This document shows positions 62,917 to 64,000 of a stretch of 64,000 nucleotides of DNA, piece by piece (the first letter of the stretch is position 1; every line of letters starts with the position of its first letter). The notes under the pieces are model-generated. The model saw nothing but the letters and a program-made list of their open reading frames with translations. It did no database searches and was not told the DNA's origin. The stretch spans positions 35,693 through 99,692 of the forward strand of contig JBBTQL010000004.1 in NCBI GenBank assembly GCA_038065715.1, read 5' to 3'. Made by a program: the position numbers and the translations under genes. Source of the stretch: Patescibacteria group bacterium. Lineage in GTDB: Bacteria > Patescibacteriota > Minisyncoccia > Minisyncoccales > Staskawiczbacteraceae.

Positions 62917-63164
62917 TGAAAAAGTAATGTAGAATAAATCTAAGGAATGCTAAGTATGAAGGCTACGGCTTTCATAAAGCGCTCCGAAAATGTATATTGC
63001 AGAATTATTGCGGATACGTCTTCAATAAGAGTTGATATACATATTTCAAAAAAAGAAAAGAATCGGTGTGGCGTGCTGGCGGACTTTGAGGTCCCAAATA
63101 AGATACAGCCCCTAGAGTATTCAAAGGGCAGTGGCATTGATGGCGCGTTGCATATTAATTAGGG

Positions 63165-63274
63165 TCTGGGCTGTGAATGCGAACTGGAACTCTAACTACG
63201 GTTACTGGAATGTCGAGGCTAACTCGGTTGAGAATCCGAACAGGTGGAACGATAGCAACCAGATTCTCTCCCGC
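63165..63274 (+). repeat. DGR-B template repeat (TR)
   Basis: AAC/AAT-rich (…AACTGGAACTCTAACTACGGTTACTGGAATGTCGAGGCTAACTCG…). Encodes LWAVNANWNSNYGYWNVEANSVENPNRWNDSNQ in the VR frame. Confidence 0.8.
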
Positions 63275-63642
63275 TACTGTTTTCTTTCTTCCGCTTTTAT
63301 CGCGGAAGTTTTGCTTATTATTCCTTTTTTCCAGCCACCGATTATCTTACCAATGCCTTCTATCTCAGCGCCAAGCGAGATATATTGTTTATTAGAAACG
63401 AGTTTTGTTTCCCATAAAAGCTGAAAGAAAAAACGCAACGAATCAATTTTGTCCGATGTCGCTTCAAGCAAAACAAGTTTTTTATTTATTGGCGTATACG
63501 TAGCTTTTCTTAATAACTCAAGAAGATCTAAAAATAAAATATCTACTTTAGTCCCGATTCCGAACCGCGCGATTCGTTCAATATTGCGATGCACTTCCAT
63601 CCACTGTTTATATATCAATTTGGATTTTTGCAAAACTGGCAA
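63274..63642 (-). CDS. avd: DGR accessory variability determinant Avd-B (TTG start)
   Basis: 122 aa. ...LGAEIEGIGKIIGGWKKGIISK C-terminus. Co-linear with Avd-A. Stop codon overlaps the last 2 nt of TR-B. TTG start 6 nt from the C7 tract. Confidence 0.7.
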   Translation of the reverse strand: MPVLQKSKLIYKQWMEVHRNIERIARFGIGTKVDILFLDLLELLRKATYTPINKKLVLLEATSDKIDSLRFFFQLLWETKLVSNKQYISLGAEIEGIGKIIGGWKKGIISKTSAIKAEERKQ

Positions 63643-63648
63643 CAGTCT

Positions 63649-63655
63649 GGGGGGG
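63649..63655. repeat. Homopolymeric G7 in the avd-B/RT-B divergent intergenic region
   Basis: agtctGGGGGGGattagaag. Homologous position to the G10 tract in DGR-A. Confidence 0.9.
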
Positions 63656-63685
63656 ATTAGAAGAATAACTATTTATATTTTGATT

Positions 63686-64000
63686 ATGAAAATTGTTTTG
63701 AAACATAAATATGAATATTTAATTAGCGTTAATAATTTATTGGAAGCGTGGACAGAATTTATCAAGGGGAAGCGCAACAAAAGCGATGTTCAGATTTTTT
63801 CATTTCATTTAATGGATAATATTTTACAACTTCATTGTGATTTAAAAAATGGCACATATAAGCATGGAGGCTATCAACAATTTAAAATCAACGACCCAAA
63901 ACCAAGGATAATTCACAAAGCCAGCGTAAAAGACAGATTATTGCACCACGCAGTATATCGTATATTATACCCGTTTTTTGATAAAAAGTTCATTGCAGAC
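63686..64000 (+). CDS. DGR reverse transcriptase B (5' part; continues beyond the window)
   Basis: MKIVLKHKYEYLISVNNLLEAWTEFIKGKRNK...GGYQQFKINDPKPRIIHKASVKDRLLHHAVYRILYPFFDKKFIAD. The last ~130 nt are ~95% identical at the DNA level to RT-A 25920-26050. Confidence 0.85.
   Translation, partial: MKIVLKHKYEYLISVNNLLEAWTEFIKGKRNKSDVQIFSFHLMDNILQLHCDLKNGTYKHGGYQQFKINDPKPRIIHKASVKDRLLHHAVYRILYPFFDKKFIAD

Overview
This 64 kb window is AT-rich (roughly one-third GC) and gene-dense, with small proteins and several lineage markers typical of a Patescibacteria/CPR-like chromosome: a stand-alone 5'-3' exonuclease, archaeal-type UMP kinase, an EndoQ-like PHP nuclease, PolX, and a smpB-tmRNA pair. Stop-codon usage fits the standard genetic code.

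The backbone is ordinary housekeeping. It includes the dnaN 3' end, PBP1a, ruvC-yebC, ruvB, pilB-like ATPase, tsaE, mutM, holA, rpsT, uvrB, ruvA, a Mur ligase, greA, polX, the infC-rpmI-rplT operon and recO. There are also five aminoacyl-tRNA synthetases (argS, ileS, glyQS, metG, leuS), tatD, an M16 peptidase, two RelE/ParE-type toxin-antitoxin pairs and one IS200/IS605-like Y1 transposase element.

Three things stand out.

1. Two complete diversity-generating retroelement (DGR) cassettes are present, at 24.0-26.7 kb and at 62.0 kb to the window end. Each has a GC-rich (~57% GC) target gene whose C-terminal variable repeat differs from a downstream template repeat almost only at template adenines. 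Each also has an antisense-oriented avd that starts on TTG, and a reverse transcriptase carrying the DGR-type LGNLTSQ and YADD motifs. The two RT genes are nearly identical. The avd/RT divergent intergenic region holds a homopolymeric G tract of different length in the two copies (G10 vs G7), and both target genes share a conserved promoter and ~170-nt leader.

2. Short GC-rich palindromic elements (several sequence sub-families) and AAATTTC/G heptamer arrays are inserted in-frame into many housekeeping genes. Hosts include argS, leuS, ileS, uvrB, ruvA, polX, mutM, tsaE, tatD, the Mur ligase and the NUDIX gene. Unrelated proteins thereby acquire the same peptide motifs.

3. Homopolymer tracts sit in promoter/5'-UTR positions. 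A G8 run lies exactly in the 17-nt spacer of a TTGACA/TATTAT promoter in front of a secreted peptidoglycan-binding surface protein, and a C7 run lies in the leader of a GC-rich csrA gene.

Several candidate structured RNAs with promoters and intrinsic terminators are also noted.
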